This document shows positions 28,401 to 42,106 of a DNA stretch of 64,000 nucleotides, piece after piece. How positions within the stretch are numbered: the first letter of the stretch is position 1; every line of letters begins with the position of its first letter. The stretch is from Octopus vulgaris (taxonomy: Eukaryota): assembly GCA_951406725.2 (NCBI GenBank), contig OX597833.1:63798001-63862000 (forward strand), read 5' to 3'. The position numbers were made by a program, and so were the translations under genes. The notes below the pieces were generated by a model. That model searched no databases. It was not told the DNA's origin and saw only the letters and a program-made list of their open reading frames with translations.

Positions 28401-29459
28401 TCTCTGCTGGAGAAACGAGATGATAGTGATGTTGACCATATTGATAATTATAATAACACTGATGATGATGATGATGATGATGATGATGAGGAGGAGGAGG
28501 AGGAGGAAGAGGATGATGAGAAGGTATAGGATGGTAATAATGTTAATGATGATGATGATGATGATTGTGATGATGACATGGTTGTTGATTGTGATGAATT
28601 TTGGTTAACCTCCATTACAAATGCAACTTGTTGCTATTTTTAATCGTCATCATTATCATTATCAGAATTATCACCGCAACAAACCATCATCATCATCATC
28701 ACCTACATCATCGTCATGAACATCATCGTGATGAGGATGATGATGATGATGAGGAAGATTATGATCATGATCATGGTCATCGTCGTCGTCATCATCATAA
28801 TCATCATTATTTTCCCCTCTTCTTCTTCCTCCTCATCATATATATATCCACATCCTCATCATCATCAACATCATTAGCATCATCAGGACATTACCATTAG
28901 CTCATCATCAGGATCATTACCATCACCCTTGTGATCACGAAAATCACAATCCCCGTCCTCCACCCTCCCCTAACCCCCTCCCCAGCTCTCCGTCCCCTGA
29001 TCCCCCCTCCACTTCCTCCTCCTCCTCCTCCACATCCACCACCTCCACCTCCACCTCCACCTCCACCACCACCACCTCCTCCTCCACCACCTCCTACTCT
29101 TCCACCCCTCCACCACCTCCTCCACCTCCCTCATCGTTATCATCACTATCGTCATCGTCTCCATTATTCCTGTGCCGTTCTATTCCTATTCTCTGGCGTT
29201 AGAATAACCTTCAGCACGTGGTAACCCTTTTGCACCAAACTTCGAAAATAATTCATTTAATCTCTGCCAACCGATGTTGCCAGATGCTTCTTTGGCCCCA
29301 AGGAATAAAATATTTTCGTTGATGAAAAACTAAAGAATCTTCCAAGAAATTATTAAATCAGTTCTTAATTTACTTCCTCTTGAAGATGTTCTCAAAATAT
29401 GTTTTAATGCAAAACAACGGAATTGCATTTTTATTTTGTATTAAAATTTATGGAATACT

Positions 29460-29930
29460 GAAGGCGGAATCGTTAGCATGCGGCGCACGAAAGCTTAGAA
29501 GCATTTCGGCCGTATTTACGTTCTGATTTCAAATCCCGCCGGGGTCGACTTTGCTCGTAATCCTTTCTTATTTCTTTACTACCCACATTACGGGGCAACA
29601 CACAGAGGGGACAAACAAGGTTTAGACAAACGGATTAAGTCGATTATATTGACCCCAGTACGTAACTGGTACTTATTTAATCGACCCCGAAAGGATGAAA
29701 GGCAAAGTCGACCTCGGCGGAATTTGAACTCAGAACGTAGCGGCAGACGAAATACCGCTAAGCATTTCGCCCGGCGTGCTAACAATTCTACCAGCTCATC
29801 GCCTTCATCCTTCATCCTTTGCCTGTAATCCTTTCTGGGTCGATAAATGAAGTACCAGTGGAGTATTGGGGTCGATGTAATCGACTATTCCCTACCCCGA
29901 ATTTGCTGTCCTTGTGCCGTAATTTGAAAG
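29460..29930 (+). mobile_element. Old SINE family B copy split by a younger copy
   Basis: Head 29460-29568 resumes at ~29827 (gggtcgataaatgaagtaccag). Confidence 0.75.
29569..29805 (-). mobile_element. SINE family B, full length, nested
   Basis: tatttctttactacccac...ccagctcatcgcc; taatcctttct repeated either side. Confidence 0.9.
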
Positions 29931-29964
29931 CAATATTAAAAAAATACAGTCACACTTAATATAT

Positions 29965-30150
29965 ATGTGGGTTTTTATTTCTTTGTCCTCAGGATTATCC
30001 TTCCGACGGATTTCGTTATAGAGTGTCCGAGCTAAAACATCATGTCTCATCCGTAGATAATACAGTGATGACATTTTCGGACAACTGCTTATGGTGTCGG
30101 TGATATCTTCAATGTGAGTTCCACAAAGTCTGAGTCGGTTGTCACATTTT
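29965..30150 (-). mobile_element. RLE-type non-LTR retrotransposon fragment (degenerate CCHC zinc-knuckle region)
   Basis: KCDNRLRLCGTHIEDITDTISSCPKMSSLYYLRMRHDVLARTLYNEI matches CRxC...ETxxHIxSxC.....Y..RHD.V; joined 5' to (CATA)n. Confidence 0.75.
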
Positions 30151-30161
30151 ACGTACGTATG

Positions 30162-30197
<36 letters not shown>

Positions 30198-30501
30198 TGT
30201 ATGTATGTATGTATGTATGTATGTATGTATGTATGTATGTATGTATGTATGTGTGTGTGTGTATGTATGTATGTATGTATGTATGTATGTATGTATGTAT
30301 GTACCTATGTACGTATGTATGTATGTATGTATGTATGTATGTATGCATGCATGCATGCATGTATGTATGTATGTATTTATGTATGTATGTATGAATGTAT
30401 GTATGTGTGTATGTATGTGTGTATGTATGTATGTGTGTATGTGTGTGTGTATGAATGTATGTATGTATGTATGTATGTATGTATGTATGTATGTATGTAT
30501 A

Positions 30502-31500
30502 CAGGTTGTCCCATAAGTAAGGGAACCATTTTTTTTCAATTTTGCCGGAGCAAAATATGGCTATATTTCGGGTCCGTGCGTTGCAATGCAATGGTAAAGG
30601 AAACACAATTATGACTTTATCGCAGTCATTTGATATGACCACCTCTGTTTGGACTCACCGACTTAAGTCTTGGTGTGAATGCTTCATATCCAGCACGCAG
30701 CTCTTCTTGCGGAATCCAAGTCTATTCCTGGAGCAGTTTTGCCTTCAGGGTGTCGAGCAAAGCTTTAGGAGTATTCGAGACCACCGTCTCCAAAATGGAC
30801 CGAACATAAAAACCCAGCAGGTTGAGATCGGGGCTTCTTGAGGACCATACGTACTTGCCAATGAACGATAGACTGTTGTTTTAAATCCAGTGTTGTGTCT
30901 GTTTGGAGCTGTGGGATGTTGCCAAGTTCTGTTGGAGGCTCTAAAGTTCTCCTTGAAAGTGTTTATTCACTCATGGAAGCAGTAGAGTTTCCGGTATGTC
31001 GCTGATGCATTGTTGGGTATTTATTTATTTTTTCTTTAAAAAGAAAAATATATATATATATATATACATACATATATATATTTCTTTACTACCCACAAGG
31101 GGCTAAACACAGAGGGGACAAACAAGGACAGACAAAGGGATTAAGTCGATTACATCGACCCCAGTGCGTAACTGGTACTTATTTAATCGACCCCGAAAGG
31201 ATGAAAGGCAAAATCGACCTCGGCGGAATTTGAACTCGGAACGCAACGACAGGCGAAATACGGCTACGAATTTCGCCCGGCGTGCTAACGTTTCTACCAG
31301 CTCGCCGCTTGGGCATTTATTTTAACGCTCGGGGGCACAAAAATCAGGAGAGGCCTTCCAGTGGCTGTCACAGACGCCTCAATCATAGCTGACTGTAGAT
31401 TTTGACGGCGACGTACGAGTCTACCCACGACGGAGCCAGATATATTCCAAACTTCGTCAGTCTGGTTGTTCACTCTCTGTTCAATGTCAAATTGAACAGG
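30502..31500 (-). mobile_element. Tc1/mariner (maT/DD37D-like) transposon fossil with 3' TIR, split by SINE B
   Basis: TA + caggttgtcccataag end; minus: FDIEQRVNNQTDEVW...GRPLLIFVPPSVKINA ... LQQN..SHSSKQTQHW...WSSRSPDLNLLGFYVRSILE...GGHIK*. Confidence 0.8.
31079..31310 (-). mobile_element. SINE family B, full length
   Basis: Consensus match; approximate TSD gggtatttattt / gggcatttattt. Confidence 0.92.
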
Positions 31501-31901
31501 CAGTCAATGTCAAATTGATGTAAAACTCTTAGATATTTGTGGTTGTGGACAGTGACCTCTGTCTACGAAAGAAACTTCAAGAAATGTGACGTACAATCAA
31601 CTTGTTTATAGATATCTCGTCAGGAAATAATCAGTTGTCATTTAAAAAATTACTTGAGATTTAGAAATTCAATATAACACACGCACAACTGGTGTATATA
31701 TATATATATATATATAATTCATTAATAGCGAAACAATTGTCCCAAGATAATCTGTATTTTTGTTATTTTTTATTTGCCCTGTCCGTGTGAACTAACAGTC
31801 GTACCGGCTTTCATGGGAAACATGTATTTTTCGTGGTTGAAACCTCTTGGATTAACTAGTGCTAGAGTGATCAATATAGTGAACACTCTCTTATATTTAT
31901 T

Positions 31902-32011
<110 letters not shown>

Positions 32012-32028
32012 TTATATATATATGTGTG

Positions 32029-32089
<61 letters not shown>

Positions 32090-32165
32090 ATATATATATA
32101 TATGTATATGTATCTGTCTGTGTGTTTGTGTGTGAATTTGTACGAAGATAGAAAGTTAGATGAAT

Positions 32166-32288
<123 letters not shown>

Positions 32289-32289
32289 C

Positions 32290-32320
<31 letters not shown>

Positions 32321-32603
32321 AGTATTAATATAAGTTAACAAGATTTATTGCGAGAAGCGAAAACATCGATGGTTTAATGTTCGTTTCAATCGCTTTGAGT
32401 ATTGGTCAGAAGAATGGAAAGAAATGAAGCAAGAATTAATAATGGATTGTACTCAGAGAATGTACCTGGGTAGCCGGAGCATTAATCTATTGTTGATGTT
32501 ATTGATTGATTTCTATCAATATTGATTTATGCAAACTATATACACCCGAATTTTTTTTTCATTATTATTTTTGTAGAAACATAATTGGTTTCATCGATCT
32601 AAA

Positions 32604-32647
32604 TATTATTATTATTATTATTCATATTTTTCTTCTTCTCCCGACTC

Positions 32648-32700
<53 letters not shown>

Positions 32701-32702
32701 GC

Positions 32703-32765
<63 letters not shown>

Positions 32766-32809
32766 TCTTATTATTATTATTATTACTCTTATTATTATTA
32801 TTATTACTC

Positions 32810-32891
<82 letters not shown>

Positions 32892-32893
32892 CA

Positions 32894-32946
<53 letters not shown>

Positions 32947-32948
32947 GC

Positions 32949-33039
<91 letters not shown>

Positions 33040-33070
33040 TATTATTTATTATTGTTGTTGTTGTTGTTGT
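32604..33070. repeat. (TTA)n microsatellite
   Basis: Direct reading. Confidence 0.97.
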
Positions 33071-33546
<476 letters not shown>

Positions 33547-33735
33547 CGGAAGAAGAAATGGTGACGATGATGATGATGATGCTGATGATGATGGTGATAA
33601 AAGCTTTTGTAACCAAAAATATTATTGCTAGGTAACATTAATTCATCATCATCATCATCATCATCGTCATCATCATATTCATCACCATCTCTTTTCTACC
33701 TGGCGCGTTGATTGTTGCTGTTGCTGCTGCTGCTG

Positions 33736-33778
<43 letters not shown>

Positions 33779-34444
33779 AACCAACAACAACAACAACCAC
33801 AACAAATATATGGTTCATTGTGCCGTCACCCTCTGTAGTGGAACATCAGTACGATGTATCTAGTTATCACTTTAAAGAACAATTACCACGGTAACAAAAC
33901 AAAAAAAAACAAAACAATGATAATAACAGCAATTAAGATATCTTACCAAACACTAAAGGAACTTTTACACGGTGATTAGATATGCTTGGGTTAGATGTGA
34001 AATCTCCCACATATCATACTCTACCATCTCAACGAATGAATATTACATTGGTAAAATGTCATATCAAACGAACGGATCGATCATGCTTGATTCGCTTTTG
34101 ATAATAGGTCAACTCAATGAGCTACACCTAAAACAACTATTGTATTTAGTATCAGTGGAATTCGAACTATGAACAGGAATTTAACAAACCATTTAGGACC
34201 AGTTATTAACAATCAACTAAGCGCGTTGATTGTTTTTAAAAGAGCTATCTGGAAGATAAACATCATGTGAGATGTTATACTTTAACAAACATACCCATTA
34301 TCCTTATTAAATATAACAAGGAACGTAAAGTGAAATGAGCATGTCTGATCACCCTTAAACACAGCTTAAAAATTATCGATCGTCTTTCGTAACTTTGTAG
34401 CGAGAAATGATGGCTCCCTATATTCTGTTCATAACTGTTTATAA

Positions 34445-34925
34445 CTGCTTAGGAGGTTGTTGTGTCCTAGCATATGTGCTGCTTCTTTTAGTTTTCGTAT
34501 TTTCCAGTGGTGTTCTCTGTCTATTATTTTAACTTGATCCCACAGAGGGAGATGGTCTCCATTTTCCCGTACATGATTAGCTACACCCGATTTATCAATA
34601 TCTCCCCGTATCACAACTTTGCGATGTTAGTCTACCCTTATTTTGAGGGGGCGGCATGTTTCGCCTTTGTATAACCTACCACAGCTGCACGGGATGGAGT
34701 ACACGGAGTCTTTCGTCATATTCGCTTCTATTGGTGGTTTTACCCGAAGGAGATATTTGCGAAGTGTTGTATTACTCTTGAATACTGTCCTGATGTCATA
34801 TCTTTTGTATCTTTTCGGAGAGGCCTTTCACATAGGGTAGACAGACTGTGGACAGTTTATCGGTTTCATCTTCACTTTTCTTCCTAATTGGAGTGGATGG
34901 AGTGTATGCTTTTGTGGTTAACAAC
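34445..34925 (-). mobile_element. Penelope-like element GIY-YIG fragment
   Basis: Minus: DKLSTVCLPYVKGLSEKIQK...FKSNNTSQ/LRKYLLRVKPPIEANMTKDSVYSIPCSCGRLYKGETCRPLKIR...HVRENGDHLPLWDQVKIIDREHHWKIRKLKEAAHM. Confidence 0.88.
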
Positions 34926-35112
34926 GAACAAGATAAAGACAAATATTCGTCAATTGTAAATGATGTAATTAATATACATAATTTCTTATCTCTTAAATAT
35001 AGAACTGTATTATCTGTGTGCCTGTCTGTCTGTCTGTCTGTCAGATAGATAGACAGACAGACACATAATACAGTTATCTATCTATCTATATGTCTATCGA
35101 TCGATCTAACTG

Positions 35113-35165
<53 letters not shown>

Positions 35166-35166
<1 letters not shown>

Positions 35167-35753
35167 GGTTTATCAGCTGAGTCTATCGTCAATATTGTCA
35201 CGCCTCCTTCCTTCAAACGGGAAGGAAGAGCTATTTTCATCATCCTTGTGGCTATGGCGAAAGAATGTATCTGGTGGACGCGTCTGAAAGGATTGGAGAC
35301 AAACACTTTCCTCTCTGGTCAATCTCTCATCAACTTCTTCAAGTACCACTTGAAAAGGAAAGTGAGAGTAGAGAGGCAAGTTTTGTCTAGCGAATGTTTT
35401 AAAAAAAGATGGGTGAATGTAGCAAGAATGGCACGTATGAATGACGAAGCCACCTTGAGCATAGTCCTATGAACCCAGAAATCGAAAACAGAGAGTTGCT
35501 TATTTGCAAAAAAAAAAAAAAGAAATATAAAATGTGACTTCATTGACCGAGGTTACCGTGGTCTTTTCCGTAGGCTTTTCTTTCCACGGGTAAACCTCAC
35601 CTGTCCTCCCCTTTACACTTCATATTGACATTTCTGTGATAACGATCCCTATTGATCAATTTTTTTTTTTTTTTTCTCTCCCCCTTTTTTTTAACCCCCT
35701 TTTTTTGTCCTCTTTCTCTCCTTTTACGATCCCTTTTGATCGAAACTCCCCCT

Positions 35754-35787
<34 letters not shown>

Positions 35788-35858
35788 CTTCAAAAGAAAA
35801 GCTCTACCTTGTAATTTGTTCTATCTGTGTGCAGCCCTGTGTGGCTAATAAAGAAACA

Positions 35859-35860
<2 letters not shown>
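35166..35860 (+). mobile_element. Tx1/L1-clade LINE, 5'-truncated 3' end inserted in (TCTA)n
   Basis: LSAESIVNIVTPPSFKREGRAIFIILVAMAKECIWWTRLKG...KRWVNVARM...IVL* (AK..IW..R motif of Tx1 ORF2 C-termini); T-rich UTR ending ctaataaagaaaca; (TCTA)n at both junctions. Confidence 0.7.
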
Positions 35861-35901
<41 letters not shown>

Positions 35902-36072
35902 TTATCTATATATCTATCTATCTATACATACGTAGACTCAAACATACACACATATATATCATTTGTATATCATATATATATATATATAAGTGCGTATATA
36001 TATATATATACATTTTAACGCCCACACAAACGTATAAACATACATACAAACATACATACATACATATGTGTG

Positions 36073-36128
<56 letters not shown>

Positions 36129-36795
36129 CCCTCTGGCACCAAATACAAAACATATGCAAAGTGTGTATATATACATATTCATGTGTGCGTTTCTGCCTCC
36201 ACAACTTCACGTACGTCTGCCCCTTCGCCCGTGTTTGTGACTGAATCTATATTCTTTTCGACAATTTTGTTATTATTTTGGAGCTGTTTAGATTCCAACT
36301 TTAATGGCTTCCTCTCCTTTTATCAGCAAAGTTCCATAATGTCTGATTTAACAACAACCAGTGTCTAACAGAAATTGCTTAATTATATTCCCGTGTTTCT
36401 CAGAAATGAGAAATAATTTTAAAAGACCAACTTATTCACAACACGCGCTATTAACCTCATTTGTCGTCTGTAAGGATACGGCGCTGTATATGTTACCTGT
36501 TATGTTTCTGACGGAGCTTTTATGAAATATCTCCCTCTCTGTTCCTCTATCTATTCATATACACGGATATAGCTACATACATATATATACATACATACAA
36601 ACATACATACAAACATGCACATATGTAAGTACTCACACACGCACACACACACCACACACACACACATATATATATACATATTATTATTGTATAAATATAC
36701 GCGGACATGCCTATGTACATATATATCTGTAACTATATAATTATATATGTATATACATATTGTATACGTTTATGTGTACATATATATATATATTG

Positions 36796-36845
<50 letters not shown>

Positions 36846-36850
36846 TTACT

Positions 36851-36882
<32 letters not shown>

Positions 36883-37056
36883 GTTTTTGTATTTGAATAT
36901 ACACATCTAAATACGTACATTCATTCACACATACACATAACTCTGAATATGTATACATATATTTCGATACAAAAATCTATTTTCATACACATATTCGCAT
37001 GCGCACACACAATCACACACACTGACACACACATATATGTATATACATACATATAC

Positions 37057-37109
<53 letters not shown>

Positions 37110-37231
37110 TATATATATGCATATATGTACGCGTATATGTATATACATAAATATATATAGACATAGTTATACAGACATACAGCTATCTGTGTACGTATGT
37201 ATATATATATGAATGTATATCTAAATATATG

Positions 37232-37279
<48 letters not shown>

Positions 37280-37759
37280 CGTGTGTGTATACATCTGTAT
37301 AAACAGCCTCCTGCCATTCATCAGAGCCATAGCCACTTCAGTGCAATTAATTAAGTAGTTTCTAATCATGTAATCGGTTGTGATTAGACTCTTCGATCTA
37401 AGTTATTCTTTGCCAATGTTTCCAACTGATAAGACAAAAATCGATTCTCAAATTCTTAGAGCTTCATTTTTCCCAACTTCAGTCCATAATATGCAAAGCA
37501 AATTCGGCGTTGACCTTCGTGACCTCCCGTTTTATATCTTGTGAAATGACCTAACATCGATATCGATTAGTTAGATAATTATACCAATGAAACCACCAAG
37601 GTGTTGACTTTGATATAATGGCGGAATATTTTGTTGACTGGTAGGTGTCCGACTGACAAGCACCACCCCAAGTGTTTACCACTGTTCTATAAATGTACAT
37701 ATATCTATATATATGTACGTAAGTATATTTATATATATGTATACATATGTATATATGTA

Positions 37760-37814
<55 letters not shown>

Positions 37815-37817
<3 letters not shown>

Positions 37818-38022
37818 AGATGTACTTGCATAGCAAGTGATTTGATCTGAGATCGTGTTCTGGAACGAAAACAATTGCAGCGTGGAAGGTGTTTGTAAGC
37901 CATTTAAGAAACACACAAAAGCCGTTCGATTCACTTCAACATTTAAGTTTAATTTGTCAAAATATTTTCGTCGCTTTAAGACCGCGACCTGTTCACTGCC
38001 AAAAATCCGTGCTGCATCTCAC
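37815..38022 (-). mobile_element. (TA)n-embedded element with hammerhead-like fold (probable PLE pLTR)
   Basis: Minus: tttggca-GTGAACAG-gtcgc ggtcttaaa gcgac-GAAA-atat-T-T-tgacaaa. Confidence 0.45.
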
Positions 38023-38023
38023 G

Positions 38024-38093
<70 letters not shown>

Positions 38094-38095
<2 letters not shown>

Positions 38096-38472
38096 CTCTT
38101 TACTCTTTTAATTGTTTTAGTCATTTGACTACGGCCATGCTGGAGCACCGCCTTTAGTCGATCGAGCAAATCGACCCCAGGTCTTATTTTTTGTAAGCCT
38201 AGTACTTATTCTATCGGTCTCTTTTGCCGAACTGCTAAGTTACGGGGACATAAACAGACCAGCATCGGTTGTCGAGCGATTTGGAGGGCACAAACACAGA
38301 CACATCTCTTGTTGGTGTGTTTATGTCCCCGTAACTTAGCAATTCGGCAAAAGAGACCGATAGAATAAGTATTAGGCTTACAAAGAATAAGTCCTGGTGT
38401 CGATTTGCTCGATCGACTAAAGGTGGTGATCCAGCATGGCCACAGCCAAATGACTGAAACAAGTGAAAGACT
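38094..38472. mobile_element. Inverted pair of SINE family A 3' halves (~170-bp arms)
   Basis: 38094-38265 is the reverse complement of ~38312-38470, with ~45-bp spacer. Confidence 0.9.
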
Positions 38473-39270
38473 AAAGAATAATCTAAAAAATATTATGAAA
38501 TTATTTTTTTGACAAGAGATGGTTGGCCCAGCTGCCATAATTCGTTAAACGGCGATGTAGGATCTCTTTGCTTGAAATATCTAATTGTAGTGACAGAAAG
38601 AAGCGCATATGTCCAAATTTGCTCTAATGGAAAAATATCTATAGAAAAAAAACTGAATGCTTATAATGAAAGAAATATAACATCTATTCCTGTTTATCGC
38701 TCTTCCATTTTGTAGATAAATTCTTGTGCATAAATACTGTAACACCCGAAAGTATCACACAAGGTTAGATTTATCTCACATCTTTAGTAAATTGTCAATT
38801 GATAACATACATACTTCTCACATTTGCTTTGCGGTAACCATTTTGGCCCGTTATGTTCTGGATTAAAATGGCGCCGACGACAGCTTTACCCTTTAATTGT
38901 TTTTTTTTTGACTCCTTAAAATGTTTCTCGTGTTCTTGTCTTCCCTTCCTGTCTATCTTCGTGCCTGTCTGTCTGTCTGTCTGACTGTATTTCCCCCTGA
39001 TTTGAGCGCAATCGGATGTAGGATGCCCGAGAAGACACACACACATACACACACGAGATGGTGAAGATGCCGACGACCGCTCGGTTCATAGTCTCCCTTG
39101 ACCTCAAGTGGCCTGAACTCTTTACATGAACACCACCCTGTACATAACTCCATGTCCCCCTACATGGCCTTGCTTTTTGCTTTTTGAGCCAAAAAATTAA
39201 CTAACTAACTAAATAACACTGACAGACAGAACGGATTTTATATAGTAGATAGTTAGTTAGTTAGTTAATT

Positions 39271-39471
39271 TTTGTAAGCCTAGTACTTATTCTATCGGTC
39301 TCTTTTGCCGAACTGCTAAGTTTCGGGGACATAAACACATATATATCGCAGGAGTGGCTGTGTGGTTAGTAGCTTGCTTACCAACCGCATGGTTCCGGGT
39401 TCTGTCCCACTGCTTGGAACCTTAGGCAAGTGTCTTCTATTATAGCCTCGGCCCGATCAATGCCTTGTGAG
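39271..39471. mobile_element. Rearranged SINE family A (minus 3' piece joined to plus head)
   Basis: ttttgtaagcctagtac...ggggacataaacac (minus), then cgcaggagtggctgtgtgg...gccttgtgag (plus). Confidence 0.85.
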
Positions 39472-39943
39472 CATATATTTAATTACGTGTATAAGGAAAG
39501 GAAAAGTATATGATTTGCGTTAAATTAATAATTTTTTTATGTCTGTCTCTGTCTCTGTCTGTCTGTCTTTCTCTTTCCCTCGCTCCGTCTCTATCACCCA
39601 AACCACACTATCGCCGAAACAGGTTCAAGGCCTGTCAGTCGTGCCAAATCGCCAGCGCCTAAATAGCCACGCCCAATCGTCCTATTCCAGTTTCTTGACG
39701 GGGATCTGGTTGTTATCTCTAGCAGGTCGTGTTACCATAGAAAGCTTCTTTCATCGATGGTTCCACAAGACATTATTGATGTAGGACCACCGTGGACGTC
39801 AACAGAACAAATGAGACGTGCAAAATATAAAAATATACACGTTTCTATCCATCGATCTCTCATAATCGAATCTATAAACGAACATGTTATTGGCTCTGAG
39901 TGATATAGAAGAAGTCGTAGTAGTGATATAAGCAGTAACAATA

Positions 39944-40673
39944 GCGGTGGTGGCGGTGGTGGTGGTGGTGGTTGTGGTGGTGGTGGTTGTGGTGATGTGG
40001 TAGTGGTGATGGTGGTTATGGCTGTGGTGATTGTGGCATTGACGGTAGTAGCTGAAGTGGTGGCGGTTGTGGTCGTTGTCATGGTTGTGGTACTGGTTGT
40101 AGTGGTGGTGGTTGTGGCCGTTGTGATGATTGTGGTAGTGGTTGTAGTAGTGGCGGTTGTGGTGGTGGTAGCAGTTGTAGTAGTAGTAGTAGTAGTAGTA
40201 TTGGTAGCAGTAGTGATGATGGTATCAGTAGCGATAACAGTAGGTAGTAGTAGTGGTGGTGGTATTCGTATTAATAGTGGTGGTATTGGTCTGTGTAATA
40301 GTGTTGGTAGTGGTGACGATAGTAGTAGTAGTAGTAGCAGCAGTAGTAAATGCAGTAGTGATAGTAGTAGCAGAAATAGCAGCTAAAGTAGTAGTAGTAG
40401 TAGTGGTGGTGGTGGTAGTAGTAGTAGTAGTAGCGGTTGTAGTATTAGTAGTAGTAGCAGTATTTGTGGTAGTAGTAGTAGTATTAGCAGCAGCTGCAAC
40501 AACAGTAGTAGTAGTAGTAGCAGCAGCAACAAGAGTAGCAGTAATAGCAGTAGTAGCTGTCATAGTAGTAGTTGCAGTTGTAGTAGTAGCAGCAGCAGTA
40601 GCAGTAATAGTTATAGTAATAGTAGTAGTAGCGGTTGTAGTAGTGGTAGTAGCAGCAACAACAGTAGCAGTAA

Positions 40674-40730
<57 letters not shown>

Positions 40731-40855
40731 CAGTTGTAGTAGTAGTAGCAGTAGCGGTCGTAGAGTAGTAGTAGTAATAATAGTAGTACTAGTAGTAGTA
40801 GTAGTAGCAGTAGTAGTAATAATAGTAGTAGTAGTAGCTGTAGTAGTGGTAGTTA
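39944..40855. repeat. (GTG/GTA/GCA)n trinucleotide low-complexity array
   Basis: Direct reading. Confidence 0.95.
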
Positions 40856-40880
40856 TGGCATCTATACTAAATCGTTGAAT

Positions 40881-40943
<63 letters not shown>

Positions 40944-41547
40944 GGCCAGCGGTCGTTGGCCGAAAATGATGGCCATCAACTCGCAATGGTCAAGAGCGAT
41001 GATAATAATAATAATAATCAGGTGATTTTTCCCGAAGAAGGCGAAACGTGATCTTCGATTTTCGCTCGGTTCGGAAGCCATACCTATATATATATTCATT
41101 ACGCATTCATATACGCTCACGCCATCTTTCCTAATGGGAGAGGCTGTCTACTAGAGACGCACGCCTATGGCTTCCCTATATATCGTGATGTATTTAAAAA
41201 CTGATATTTCCATACGTAATTGTACAGAACGTTCGTTTTCTAGTTTCTTTTCCATTCTTCCTGCCAGCTTTTATACATTTCTTGCAAATATTATGAAATA
41301 TTGTTGTTGTGTGAGAGAGTAACAAGTATGGTTTTAGATAATGGAGAGTGAATTTTTTGTATAGTTCTTTTTAGTTCTTTGTTGTTTTTTTTTTTCAGGG
41401 GTTTTTTTTTTCTCTTATTTATTTATTTTTTTCCTTTTCTTCCGTAATTTTGAAATTTTTTTTAGTTTCGCCTGGGGAGAATGTAAAATGATGGCTCTTA
41501 ATTTTTCGAGTACGTAGTTACTCCCTGAGTAGCTTGTCTCCACTTTA

Positions 41548-41583
41548 TACACGCACACATACATACATACATACATACATACA

Positions 41584-41617
<34 letters not shown>

Positions 41618-41771
41618 CATACATATATACATACGTATACATACATCCATACATACGTATATACACACATACATACATATATACACACATACACATACAT
41701 ACATATACATACATACATATACATACATACATATACATACATACATACATATACATACATAAATACATACA

Positions 41772-41803
<32 letters not shown>

Positions 41804-42106
41804 CATACATATATACATACATACATACATACATATATACATATATATATATACATGCATACACATACATACATACATACATATATACATATATATACAT
41901 ACATACATACATACATACATACATACATACATACATACATACATACATACATACATACGCACATACATACATACATACATACATACATACGCACATACAT
42001 ACATACATACATACATACATACATACGCACATACATACATACATACATACATACATACATACGCACATACATACATACATACATACATACATACATACAT
42101 ACATAC
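41548..42106. repeat. (TACA)n microsatellite
   Basis: Direct reading. Confidence 0.97.
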
